From assembly GCA_951406725.2 (NCBI GenBank), contig OX597822.1, positions 20,274,001 to 20,338,000 of the forward strand: a DNA stretch of 64,000 nucleotides, written 5' to 3'. This document shows, one piece after another, positions 1 through 12,394 of this stretch. Made by a program: the position numbers and the translations under genes. The stretch's first letter is position 1; every line of letters starts with the position of its first letter. Source of the stretch: Octopus vulgaris (taxonomy: Eukaryota). The notes beneath the pieces were generated by a model, which was given only the letters and a program-made list of their open reading frames with translations, did not search any database and was not told where the DNA came from.

Positions 1-236
1 GGGTTTCTTAATGGAAACTTCACGCAGATTCCAAATAAATGGGATCTGTTGATTTATGACAGTTTGGGGGAAGACATACATAATTCAACTATTATCAACA
101 ATAGTCTTTTTAGTTTTCTTTCTGTTTTATTTCTCTTGTCTTCAATCACAGTTCTGGAGATCAAGCGATACAACTTGCGAAATTTTATCATAAATAAACT
201 GGAGATCATTAAGATTTCATTATTTTTATTCATCAG

Positions 237-327
237 ACTGATCAGCAGGGACAGTACCCAATGCTTACATACGAACCTTCGAGGCTGAGATATTGGAAGA
301 GCGTGAGGCTAAATCGATACAGTAGCG
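237..327 (+). other. Possible host-gene exon (unidentified product)
   Basis: Acceptor ttatttttattcatcag ends at 236 (a stronger pyrimidine-rich acceptor ...tcttcaatcacag ends at 150). Donor CG|gtaaga at 328. One open frame: TDQQGQYPMLTYEPSRLRYWKSVRLNRYSS. No partner exon found. Confidence 0.3.
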
Positions 328-608
328 GTAAGACGAGAGCTCCAAGTTTCGTATCTTCTCTTTAGCAGCGCATTGACCAATGACCGAGGCAGTTAACTCT
401 CAGTCACCAGACTTAACTAGATGCATCTAGATACAGTAGAATACCACAGACATCACAATATAATATGGATCAAAATTGTACTTTGGAGTTGTATATCTGT
501 CTCAAGGTACCGTGTATTGGTATAGTTCTCCGGATTGGTATATTAATATTGAGTGATATATTTGTGGCTAGATACTGCGGTGTGGTATAGTTCTGTGGTA
601 CTGCGATG

Positions 609-922
609 GAATCTTTTCACTTTGAACGGAAGATTTAAAAAATAATCTTTTGTAACTAAACACTTTTAAACTTCGTAAACTGGAACTTCTTGTTGACAAA
701 CAACAGCAGTAATTGTATTCACCTCAATAGACGTCATTGATTGGTTGAAATTGCCGAAATACGAGAAATTTAACAACAAATAGCTTACAAACTACAGAGT
801 TTTCTCAAGAACGCCAAAAGAAAAAGATGTTTTATGTGACACATTCTACCAGTATACGAAGTTTAAAGTGTTTAGTTACAAAAAATTATTTTTAAAATCT
901 GCCGGTCAAAGTGAAAAGATCC
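609..922. mobile_element. MITE with ~75-bp TIRs and 8-bp TSD (Merlin/hAT-like)
   Basis: TIRs gaatcttttcactttgaacgg... / ...ccggtcaaagtgaaaagatcc. Perfect TSD CTGCGATG at 601-608 and 923-930. Confidence 0.85.
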
Positions 923-1027
923 CTGCGATGTAGTATCGTTGTCACTAGGTAATGTAGAGTGGTATAGTCTTCTCTTGTAAGTAAAATAATGCTATAATTC
1001 TTGTGTAATTGATAATTTGCAGTGATA

Positions 1028-1400
1028 GGGCGGCGAGCTGGTAGAATCGTTTGCACGCTGGGCAAAATACATAGCAGCATTTCGTCCTTCTTTACCTTCT
1101 GAGTTCAAATTCCGCCGAGGTCGGCATTACCTTTCATCCTTTCGGGGTCGATGAATTGAGTACCAGTGAAACACTGGAGCTGATGTTGTAGACTAGTCCC
1201 CTCCCACCAAATTTCAGTAGATTATTATATTAAGGCGGCGAGCTGTCGAAATCGTTACGACACCGGACAAAATGCTTAGTGGCATTTCGTCCGTCTTTAC
1301 GTTCTGAGTTCAAATACTATCGATTTTGACTTTGCCTTTCATCAGGTAATCGATTTAACCCCTCCCCTGAAATTGCTGATCTTGTGCCAAAATTTGAAAC
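1028..1400 (+). mobile_element. Two adjacent copies of a Nin/Deu-domain-like SINE
   Basis: ggcggcgagctgg..agaatcgtt...gagttcaaattccgccgaggtcg...ctttcatcctttcggggtcgat...gagtacc. Same family recurs many times in the window. Confidence 0.8.
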
Positions 1401-1784
1401 CGTTAATTTGCAATGACGAGCTCAGTTTATTCATGTGGGGAAAATGTAACTGTAAAATTCGTTTATAATGTACCTCATAATGTACCTCAAGCAAACCACC
1501 AATATCATCATTACAACTGTCTCAGTACCATAGCAGTGCACATAACTACAATCTCAGTAAGCCGCAATAACTAAACTCGTTCTATTACAACAACCGCAAC
1601 CAAACATAACACCACAATAATTAATTCCATAATATGATGACCACTATCTCGACATCACCTCCTTTAAACTAATACAACAACCCATTCACCAGTTTAGTAA
1701 TCCCAGCACATCACATTTGTATAACCATCGCAGCCAGTGTCCACATTGGCGATCGGTTGACAGAATCGCTAGAGAGTCGAGTAA

Positions 1785-2199
1785 GGCGTCGAGCTGGCAG
1801 AAGCGTTACCACGCCGGGCGAAATGCGTAGCCGTATTTCGTCTGCCGCTACGTTCTGAGTTCAAATTCCGCCGAGGTCGACTTTGCCTTTCATTCTTTTG
1901 GGGACGATAAATTAAGTACCAGTTACGCACTGGGGTCGATGTAATCGACGTAATCCCTTTGTCTGTTCTTGTTTGTCCTCTCTGTGTTTAGCCCCTTGGG
2001 GGTAGTAAAGAAATAGGTATTTCGTCTGCTGTTACGTTCTGAGTTCAAATTCCGCCAAGGTCGACTTTGCCTTTCATCCTTCCGTGGTCGATAAATTAAG
2101 TACCAGTTACGCACTGGGGTCGATGTAATTGACTTAATCCGTTTGTCTGTCCTTGTTTGTCTCCTGTATATTTAGCCCCTTGTGGGCAATAAAGAAATA
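1785..2199 (+). mobile_element. Young SINE (Nin/Deu-domain-like) with internal ~176-nt tandem duplication, nested in an older copy
   Basis: Unit gtatttcgtctgc...aaagaaata occurs twice. Flanking 19-bp near-perfect duplication agaatcg(c/t)tagagagtcga at 1762-1780 and 2200-2218. Confidence 0.85.
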
Positions 2200-3579
2200 A
2201 GAATCGTTAGAGAGTCGAACAAAATACCTGCATTCTTTACAGTCTGAGTTCAAATTTTACCGGAGTCAAATCTGTCCGTCTTTCTTCCAAGGGCAGTATA
2301 ATAAAATAACAGTTGATTTGATATTCCTGTAACCCAATTGTAGATGTGAATATAATTATGATAGAAGATTATCATTACACCATATCAACATGCCCATGCA
2401 AGTACAACTTCTCATTCTCTGTCACGGTCCCTACCAAAATTCCACCAAGGTCTATAGTAATTATACACTCTTAAGCTTCATTCCAGAGTGTATATTTACA
2501 ATATTTACAGCTATACAAAATTTCGATTGGCTTGATCTTCGATCATCAATATCGTTCCAGGAACTGTTCTTAGCCACTGACGGTATTAAATTAAATTACA
2601 TGATAATGATAAGAGAATAAACCCACTGAAACACCATGCACATGTAAATATTGAAAAATATGCATTCTAAAGATGAGGTTAATCGTTTGACAAATTATAA
2701 TCTTATTAGCAGCAACAGATATCAGACATTTTAGGTATTTAATATAATTTTCAAATAAACAGTGTAAGAAACTTTCAATATTTCATGAAGAACACAGCTC
2801 ATGTGCTTCGATGAATATTTAACTATCGCTCTTATAGCCTCATTGCCTTTCAGCTTTACCTAGCAAGGGTAGCATTTTCACTATTGAGTTAACCCAAGTT
2901 TTTACTAGACATTTTACCGTCTTTGAATAATGTATAATGGTCTGCGTGTGACCTTTATTTTCTAGCCACAATTATACCGTGTGCGGTGGATGTATTGCCC
3001 AAGAATATAAAAGCAATTGTGAAGGCTGAATACAAACTTAATTAACTGAACTGGCACCAAACAAATTTTCTCTTGGAATCCAATTCTTTTAAAATATTTC
3101 TTGCTGGAAACCTCACAAAATCTAAGGAAATTATATCTGTAGACTTATGGCAGTATCTAAGAAATCATAGATAATTCAACAGATATTTCTTTTCCTTCGA
3201 TATTTTCGTTTGTTTTTGTATTTTTATACGAAACACGATAACAAAATATAAGATTTAAAGTTTTGCCAAAGAATATTATGATTTTATGCACTATGTCTGG
3301 CGAACTGATCATATAGTCCTGTATTCAATCCAGCAACCAGTTTAACACCAGCATTTAGATCTTAGGTGCATTTAGAGGACACTACGATTTTTAAAGTATT
3401 TACACCAAATTCTCAGTGTCTCTCCATCGGATCTGTATTGCCTTCTCTGACAAAACCATAAAAAAAAGCATTAAATATATTGTCTGGTAGTCTTTGATGT
3501 TATAACGGTATTGGAAAATATATTAGTATTACATATTATAGTAATATTGAATGTAACAGTTCTTTCCGCTATATGCACA

Positions 3580-3918
3580 AAGCCAGCAATTATTTTAGGG
3601 GCGGGAAGGTTAGTCTTACATCGCCCTTGATGCTCAAATGATGCTTAATTTATCTAACCCTGAAGAGATGAAAGACAAAGCTGACCACGGCGGAACTTAG
3701 AACAAAATACTAAATATTTAGTCAGGTGTGCTAACAACTCAGCCAGCTGGTCGCATATATTGCAAGTTATGATATCATTAATTTCAAGGCCAGCAATTTC
3801 TGGGGAGGGATTAAGTCGATTAAATCGACCCCACTGTTCTACTGCTATTTATTTTATCGACCCCGAAAGGATAAAACATCAACCCCGGTGTGCTAACGAT
3901 TCTGCCAGCTCGCTGCCT
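3580..3918 (-). mobile_element. Two decayed copies of the same SINE family
   Basis: Reverse-complement motifs ttatcgaccccgaaaggat and gctaacgattctgccagctcgctgcc. Confidence 0.7.
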
Positions 3919-4783
3919 TAATTGACTGTTATAATATATTTAGATATCACAGTATTACTACATATTATAACAGTATTGAATATTATTGTGGTATTGGATA
4001 TTGTAATAGAACTAAAGAGCATTGTCTTATTAGATAGTATAACAGTATTGAATATTACTTTTGCAGTAATACCAGTATAAAGATATTGTATAGAATTATA
4101 CAGAGTAGTAATATTGTATATCATAACACTAATAGATATAATAGTAATACATACTAATATCATAGTACAGGATATAATGTCATATAGTATAATATATTAT
4201 AGGAGTATTAAGTACTAAAGTCATACTATGACATATAATATTCAGTATCGTTGATTGTAATCCAACATCCTCAAACAGTTTTACTTTTTTCGCCGAGCTA
4301 CGAAACTTCTACAAATTTTCTTATAAATCAGCCTACTAATTCGTCTGACAGACAGAATGGCTATATTTAATAAATGGGTTAATCTTTTATTCAATAAACA
4401 CACAGACGATTCTTTCCTCTAGAAAATACTCTGACATTCCACTGAAAACTGGGTTGAGAGGTTAGTTCCTTCAATAAACATATTGACCAATTCTTCCAAC
4501 GTAACCAACTAATATCTAGTTATATTCCAGACTTGTACTTATTTGCCAAGTGATTTGAACTGAGATCAAGTTGAGACAAAATTAATTGTGTCGTGCTTGA
4601 GTCATTTTAGACATTACACACAGACGCACACACACATACACACACACACACACAGAGTAATATTCGCTTTTATCTCATCATTATTATAGTATATGTACTA
4701 TTAATTTGATACATAATAATAACATAGCCAGAGTAAATGTAGCATCATGTGTGTGTTTAATATCTACATTGAAAAACATTGAA

Positions 4784-4850
<67 letters not shown>

Positions 4851-5054
4851 ATATATATATATATCTGTGCATGTGAGTGTGTGTCTGCGCGCGCGTTTGT
4901 GCGTTTGTGCATGAAAGTATACATCAATACACGGTGTAAGACTGGAGAATATCGTGTGAAACTATTTACTTGTGACATCTTTACACGGGTTTCAGTGACA
5001 ATAGCGCAATGATTATGTGTGACTAACATAATACATATTTTATATATATATTCT

Positions 5055-5422
5055 TTCACATGTTTAAGTCATTTGACTGCGGCGATGCTGAAGCACCGCT
5101 TTTAGACGAACAAATCGACCCCAGTACTTATTCTATCGGCATATATACATATATCGGTATCTTTTGCCAAACCGCTAGGTTACGGGGACTTAAACACACC
5201 AACATCGGTTGTTAAGTGATGTTAGGGGGCAAACACATATACATATGCATATATACGACGGGCTTCTTTCAGTTTCCGTCAACCAAATCCACTCACAAAG
5301 TTTTGGTCTGCCCGAGGCTATAGTAGAAGACACTTACCCAAGGTGCCACGCAATGCGACTGAACCAACCGGAATCATGTGGCTAGGAAGCAAGCTTCTTA
5401 CCATACATCCACTCCTGGGCCT
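5055..5422 (-). mobile_element. tRNA-derived CORE-like SINE
   Basis: Minus-strand tRNA-like head followed by tggcaccttgggtaagtgtcttctactatagcc. Tail motif gtcatttgactgcgg on the plus strand. Confidence 0.85.
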
Positions 5423-5514
5423 ACACACACACATGCACGCACACACACACAAACATACACACACACACACATATAAATTAATATAAACAACTAAGCACAA
5501 TATAATAATATAAA

Positions 5515-5986
5515 TGAAAAATTTTATCGTCCCTGATTTTGATTGAGGGTGCTGAAGTATTTATATTGCAAAAAATAAGAGTTAAAGACTCTTACTGCTG
5601 TAAGAAGTACGCAATACATATACGCTGACAGGGGAGATAACCGTCTCAAGAGTGTCTCTAAGTTCTCTAGACTAGACTAGTTTCGCCTATCAATCGAGAG
5701 GTACGTCAGCAGTGACTACTCAAAACCTCGATGGTTTGGCTGAATCAGGCTGTCAGTATATATATTTTTAGCATAAGAATTTATGGCTGATTTAGCGAAA
5801 TGTTAATGCGTATATTAAAAATCAATATTTACAGCTAGGCGAAACATTACACCATGATGGAAAAATTTTTATTGTCACTAATTATGACTGAGGGTACCGA
5901 AGCACCTATGTTGCAAGAAATAAGAGTTAAAAACGCTTAATACTGTAAGAAGCGTGCAGTATATATACACTGACAGGTGAGATAAA
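5515..5986. repeat. Diverged ~125-bp direct repeat with ~345-bp period (partial tandem element)
   Basis: 5515-5640 matches 5858-5986 (..aataagagttaaa..ctgtaagaag..ctgacagg.gagataa). Confidence 0.75.
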
Positions 5987-6117
5987 ATGTGAGATAAAAT
6001 GTGTTAATATATCTTCTAACCTTCTCCCATCCCACTCAAAAATCTCTCGTTTAACCCCTTTAGACCATCTCTACTCTAATTTTATTTGCATATAATTACA
6101 CACACACGCACGCACGG

Positions 6118-6154
<37 letters not shown>

Positions 6155-6359
6155 CATATATGTTTAAACACCCTGGGCCAGGAATACTAAAACAAAAGAT
6201 AAGTCCTCCGAAAAGGAGAACCAAATTTCACCACGGCCACTACTTCAAACAGACACTCACTCTGACGGAAATATGCCTTAGTAAAAAAAGGGAAAAAAAT
6301 TCTTTCGTGCAAATCTGACCCTAATACATACGATACTGCTAAGGGTCAGACCCGATTCT

Positions 6360-6731
6360 GATTGGTCAACAAGTTGATGACGTCTAGCTCTGCTAGAATG
6401 GACAGGATACAAACAGGGGACAGTCATTAGTCAGAATATTGATGACGTCCTTTTCTGCTTGAATAGTCACCTAACAAGTACAGACAGGGGGCAGATGTAA
6501 TGTAGCTATAAGTCGTGATTGGGCAGAATCTGGATGACATCCCGCTATGCTTGACTAACGAAGCGACTGGTCAAGACAGGAAACAAACAAGAGGGAGTTA
6601 TAATGCAGCGATTGGTCAAAATAATGATGACGTCCCGTTCCACTTGATTAAAGCCACCTAACGAAACGATTGGTCAAAACATTGATGACGTCACGCTACG
6701 CTAGATTGACCACCTAACAGGCATTATAAAA
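6360..6731 (+). promoter_or_regulatory. Array of five CCAAT(ATTGG)-N10-GATGACGTC modules followed by a TATA box
   Basis: Modules start at about 6360, 6425, 6517, 6610 and 6667 (two carry one mismatch). TATAAAA at 6725-6731. Confidence 0.55.
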
Positions 6732-7072
6732 CCAAGCATTTCACAAAAAATCACTAGAACCACCCAGCGAACTTCCACCATGGGTCATCACAATTGCTTA
6801 AGGTAAAAATGAATTCCTCGCTCTTTCGGAAACATCAATCTTCTGTATTGACCGCTTTCCACCACTTTGATCTGCTTTTTGTATTGAATACGTATCGCCA
6901 CCGTGGGCCACTGCACCGAACACTTTGAACATATACTTCAAACTATATATCAACTATACATGAACTATATATCAACTATACATGAACTCTAAGATGTCTG
7001 ACTCCGTTGTGTATTATAAATGAATTTCTTGTGTTTGACGGCATGAGCTGTCTCTTTTTATATATAACTTTT

Positions 7073-7106
7073 TTGATAAGGTTCATTTCAGGAACTGAAA
7101 CATGTT
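7073..7106 (+). ncRNA. Decayed minimal hammerhead motif
   Basis: TTGATAA (two changes from CTGATGA)-GGTTC atttcag GAACT-GAAAC AT GT T. Stem III region is palindromic (AACATGTT). Confidence 0.4.
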
Positions 7107-7172
7107 ATAATGTATATATAAAAATTAAAAATTGTATAATACAGCAGCATTTTCGAACTTCATTTTTTACAA

Positions 7173-7240
<68 letters not shown>

Positions 7241-8565
7241 GTGTGTATATATATGTGTGTGTGTATGTGTGTGTGTGTGTGTGTGCGTGCGTGCGTGTGT
7301 GTGTAATTATATGCATACGTAATGCAGAGTAGAGATGGTCTAAAGGGGTTAAACGAGAGATTTTTGAGTGGGATGGGAGAAGGTTAGAAGATATATTAAC
7401 GACAATGCAAATAAATCCATCAAAACAGGTGAATTTGAAATATGGAGATTAATTAGGTTGTTGCAAATAATAAACTTCGATCCGTATGTACGGAACCAAT
7501 GTGTGTGTAAACTAGGAATGAGGTAGAATTGTGGAAATATGTCTTTGAAATGCATTCTTTGTAAGATTTATTTAATGGTTTACCTAAATTATTGCGAGTC
7601 TAAACCTTCAGGAAACACATGAGCTGGGAGGATATTTCAGATTGTGGGCGATCTGTGGAGGAAGAAGTGGGATTTGTGTGTCTTTCTATCATACTTAATG
7701 TCAAAGATATTCTTCGATTTGAAGTTTCATACGAATTTAGATAAACTGGCAACGAAATATCTTGTACCAAACGGCAAAGGGTGCGGATGAGGATAAGAGT
7801 GAATTTTGAAAAAGTTTGATGTAATGATTTAGTTATTACTTAGAAACACCTTTAATAGTTGTACCTTTATCAGTACAGTTACTGAACATTCAAACAAAGA
7901 AATATATGGGACGATATGCGTGAAGAAAGATATCAACTTTTATGCGACCTATACTCCAAAAATAACTGCGAATAAATTTATGGGACCTATACTCGAAAAA
8001 TAATTGTTGTTGATTAGGAAATTTTTACAGAATTCGTATTTAGACTTTTGTGATAGCTACTGGAATGGAAACTTGTTGGCCGAAGAGAAGATTAAACACA
8101 TGTGTTACAGCATGTTTGATTTCTGATGGTCCACGATGTTTTAAATGTACTTTTTTTATGAATCGGTTCGCACTAGCGCTTCATTGTAGTAATGAAATTC
8201 ATTAGAATTGGTTAGAAAAACGTATTGAAAAATTATTTAACCAAACATATAATCATCACAAGCATATAAGCATTTTTACACTAGACCTGCCACATAAATA
8301 AACTTTGTGAATTGAGTATCAAATATTTTGATTTTTCTCTTGATCTCTTGTTTCTTTTTCTTCTCTTTGGTAACGGGTACCACCGGAAACGTTATATGCT
8401 AATCATTTTTTCCATTGGGCTATTTATGTTCATTGCATACCTTTCCATTTTTGATTTTGCTTATAATATCTACGCTCTTTCAGCCTTGTAATCTTCCTTG
8501 TTTCATTTGTGTAATACCTGTTTGCCTGTCTCTGAGTCTGTTTCTCTATCTGTCTATATGTTTGC

Positions 8566-8851
<286 letters not shown>

Positions 8852-9063
8852 GTTTGCCTGTTTCTCTGCCTATCGCTTTTTCTGTCTATTTACCCACCCA
8901 CATATCCATCCATCCATCTATTATCAATCAATACACCAATCTGTCAGTCAATACATCAATCTGTCAATCAATGAAACGCACACTCAGTCCCTCAATCAAT
9001 CAAGCAATCAACCAACCAATGAATAAATGAATGAATGAATCAATTAATGTCTCTCTCCCCACC

Positions 9064-9101
<38 letters not shown>

Positions 9102-9740
9102 AGCATCTGTGTGTGTACTTGTGGGTGTGTACACATGTATATGTTGGCATGTGCCTGCATGTATGCATATGTGTACATATCTCGACAAGAATCTACCGAT
9201 CTTTCTTTAGGTTATTAACTGAGGGAAGAAAATCGAAAAACTAATGGCGCCATTCGCCGTAAAATGGCAGAAATTTTGACAGCTGAGGCGAAGAATATGT
9301 GGAAACGCTTTAGGTACAGAAAAAAGGGAAATAGGGAGAACGAAGGGGAAAATCAAAGAAAAGTCTGCAAAATTTAATGCGACAGGAACTGGCAGGCATT
9401 AAGCAAGATCTACAGTAGTTATATTTAATAGACTTTTAGAAAGTGGGTGGATTGATTTTTCTTAATAGATCTATATCAAGCAGAGTTGATTTGATTGAAT
9501 TAGCTGAAATGACGCCACATATAAATAATAATATATTCAAACAGAAACACTGAGATACGAGACACCAATTTCATAGCGCATAAAACGCTGCGCATTGGCA
9601 AACACACATACAAATTTGTGTGTACATAAGTATGTATGCATATATATGTGCGTATGTATATATACATGTATGTATGTATATATGTGTGTGTATAAACATA
9701 TACATATATCTACATACATATATATACATATATATATATG

Positions 9741-9806
<66 letters not shown>

Positions 9807-10374
9807 TAGATAGATAATATATATTTATATATATCTAAATGTTTACTTATCAATATTCATTTATATATATATATATATACGCACACACAGACATATGTGT
9901 ATATTCATACACACACATATATATATATATATATAAATATATCTATACATATACACACACACAATGCATATACATTCGCACTTATACATACGTATGTCTA
10001 GATATTAAACGAAACATACATAGCATTCTCTCTGAGTCTCTCTGTCTGTAGGCCTCTCTCGCTCTGTCTGTCGGTCTGTCTTCTCTCTCTCTCTCTCTAC
10101 ATACATGTATACATAAACACACACCAAGTCTTATACACACCACACACCAAGTCTTATACACACACACACGCGCACACACCAAGTCTCTCACTCTCTCTCT
10201 CTCTCTCTCAGCACACACAATACATATTTAATATTTTGTACTAATGGGTATATGTCGATTAGTGTGTTGAAGCGTAGAGTAGCGTACTGGCACAGTTTGG
10301 GCTACCTGGTGTCATCCGCACTTGCGGTGTCTTTCCGTTGGATCTACTTCAGGAATTCCGCAGTATTAGTCGAG

Positions 10375-10439
<65 letters not shown>

Positions 10440-10482
10440 TTCTTAAGTAATGAGACGATGGATTTGGTATTTATCTTTATGT

Positions 10483-10588
10483 TGTACAACTGTCGTTTCG
10501 ATCCATCCTGCTGCTGTCCCATATTGGCCGGCCTCCGTTCAATATATTGTATTGCATCCATTTTGCAGTCTGGGTCTCATCAGCTACA
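10483..10588 (-). ncRNA. Type I hammerhead ribozyme motif with long stem II insertion
   Basis: Minus strand: TGTAG-CTGATGA-GACCCA...(65 nt)...TGGATC-GAAAC GACA GT T-GTACA. Intact core; G.G mismatch at the base of stem I. Confidence 0.6.
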
Positions 10589-10813
10589 TCCATACATAAA
10601 GTTGTGTCTCGCTAAAGATCCTGAATTTCGGCTGTCATGTTATATGCCCGTGTAGTTAGGGAATGCAACATTGCTACAATTTTCAATTACTATTATCTTT
10701 CTCTTGGAGCTAATCAACGGCAGCATTCGTCCTATTTTTCTGGATTGCCATCTTAGATTGGCGCTATTTTAATATATATATTATATTATATTATATATAT
10801 ATATATATATATG

Positions 10814-10848
<35 letters not shown>

Positions 10849-11021
10849 ACAATATATTATATATATACTTTTTTATATATATGTATATATATGATTAAAT
10901 TAAATCAGCCAATATCAGTAAGAAATACAAGATTTTCACGAGCTTTCCACAATTACTAACAAATATCCGCAAATTATGCACAAATAAATATAACGTCGCG
11001 AATAAGAAAATTATAATTAAT

Positions 11022-11074
<53 letters not shown>

Positions 11075-11136
11075 CAGCTTGTCACATATTCTGTGCCGCG
11101 CCCATTCTTTCTAAAAATCAAAATTTTTTTTATATG

Positions 11137-11206
<70 letters not shown>

Positions 11207-11331
11207 TATATATATAAAGTTAAGGGTACACGTGTTTGTGGAATACTCAGTCAGTTACATGTAAATTCAATGAACAGGTGTTTTAATTGCTCGAAAAATT
11301 GAATCCTTATCATTGAAACTGACAAAAAGCC

Positions 11332-11393
<62 letters not shown>

Positions 11394-12394
11394 TTATCTA
11401 TCTATCTATCTGTCTGTCTGTCGATCTATCTAGCTAACTCTATCCCCATTTCTCTCTGTCTGTTTATCTATCAATCTAAGTATGTTTCTCTGTGAATTTA
11501 CACATCTAAACATGTATGTATGTGTATATAGTGTAAGTACGTGAGCGCGCACGTGTGTATGAATATGCATATGTCATTATACATTGTACTTTATATATAC
11601 ATATTTACACATTTAGATACATAGATACATACACTTACATACTTAGACGCATGTCAAGATTTACACATTAAGTAAGCCTACATCTATGATGAAATGAGTT
11701 AACCATGTTTATATATTCATATATTCTGAATGCTTCCATATAGTGAACATTATCAAAGTATCTTGTTGACACACATATCACATCTTTCTGTCTGAAAGCT
11801 CATGATATAGTTGTGCCAAGAATATTCTCACAGCTTTTAAAAACTTTTCCCTGCCATGAAAATTCAATTGTGCGTTCCATCACTGCCAGGATCTTCTCAG
11901 TCAAATCACTAGAGTGGATATAAAAATAAAATGAAATAAAAAAGATACAAAAAGCCCAATCCTCCCCCTCCCAAAATCTAATAGGTCTTTCTACACATTT
12001 ATTAAGTATCAGAAGTTCGCTATTATCGTTTAACCCTCGGCTAGCTTTGATCAAGCACATTTATAAAAGATGAAAGCAATTTAGCTGTGATTATCTCGTC
12101 TATTCAAACATATCTTATATTATTTTATTCGGCATATCTTACCATTTTTTCGTGAAAATCAAACATTTCCCTCCTAGTCCTGGCAAGAAAGACAACTGCA
12201 TAATGGCAACCACTTTGGCTTCTTGTTAGGCCTATTGTGATTGTTGTAATGGTGAGAATCATCTTTGCTTGATAAGGTTTTATGTGCAATGATAATCTAT
12301 CTATCGGATATCTAAAGGCAAATAATATTTTATGTCTAGCAGCCTGAGTATAAAGCGTCGGTCAGTTTAGGATTGAGCTTCAGGAAACTAATCA

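Larger units (their letters stand above)
6003..7400. repeat. Inverted duplication flanking a ~1-kb insert
   Basis: 6003-6077 is the exact reverse complement of 7326-7400. Similarity continues inward through tgcatataattacacacacacgcacgcacg. Confidence 0.9.

Noticed and set aside
9211-9313. Possible exon with MAEILTAEAKNMWKRF
   Set aside because: Weak donor (gtacag), upstream out-of-frame ATG, and too short to support.
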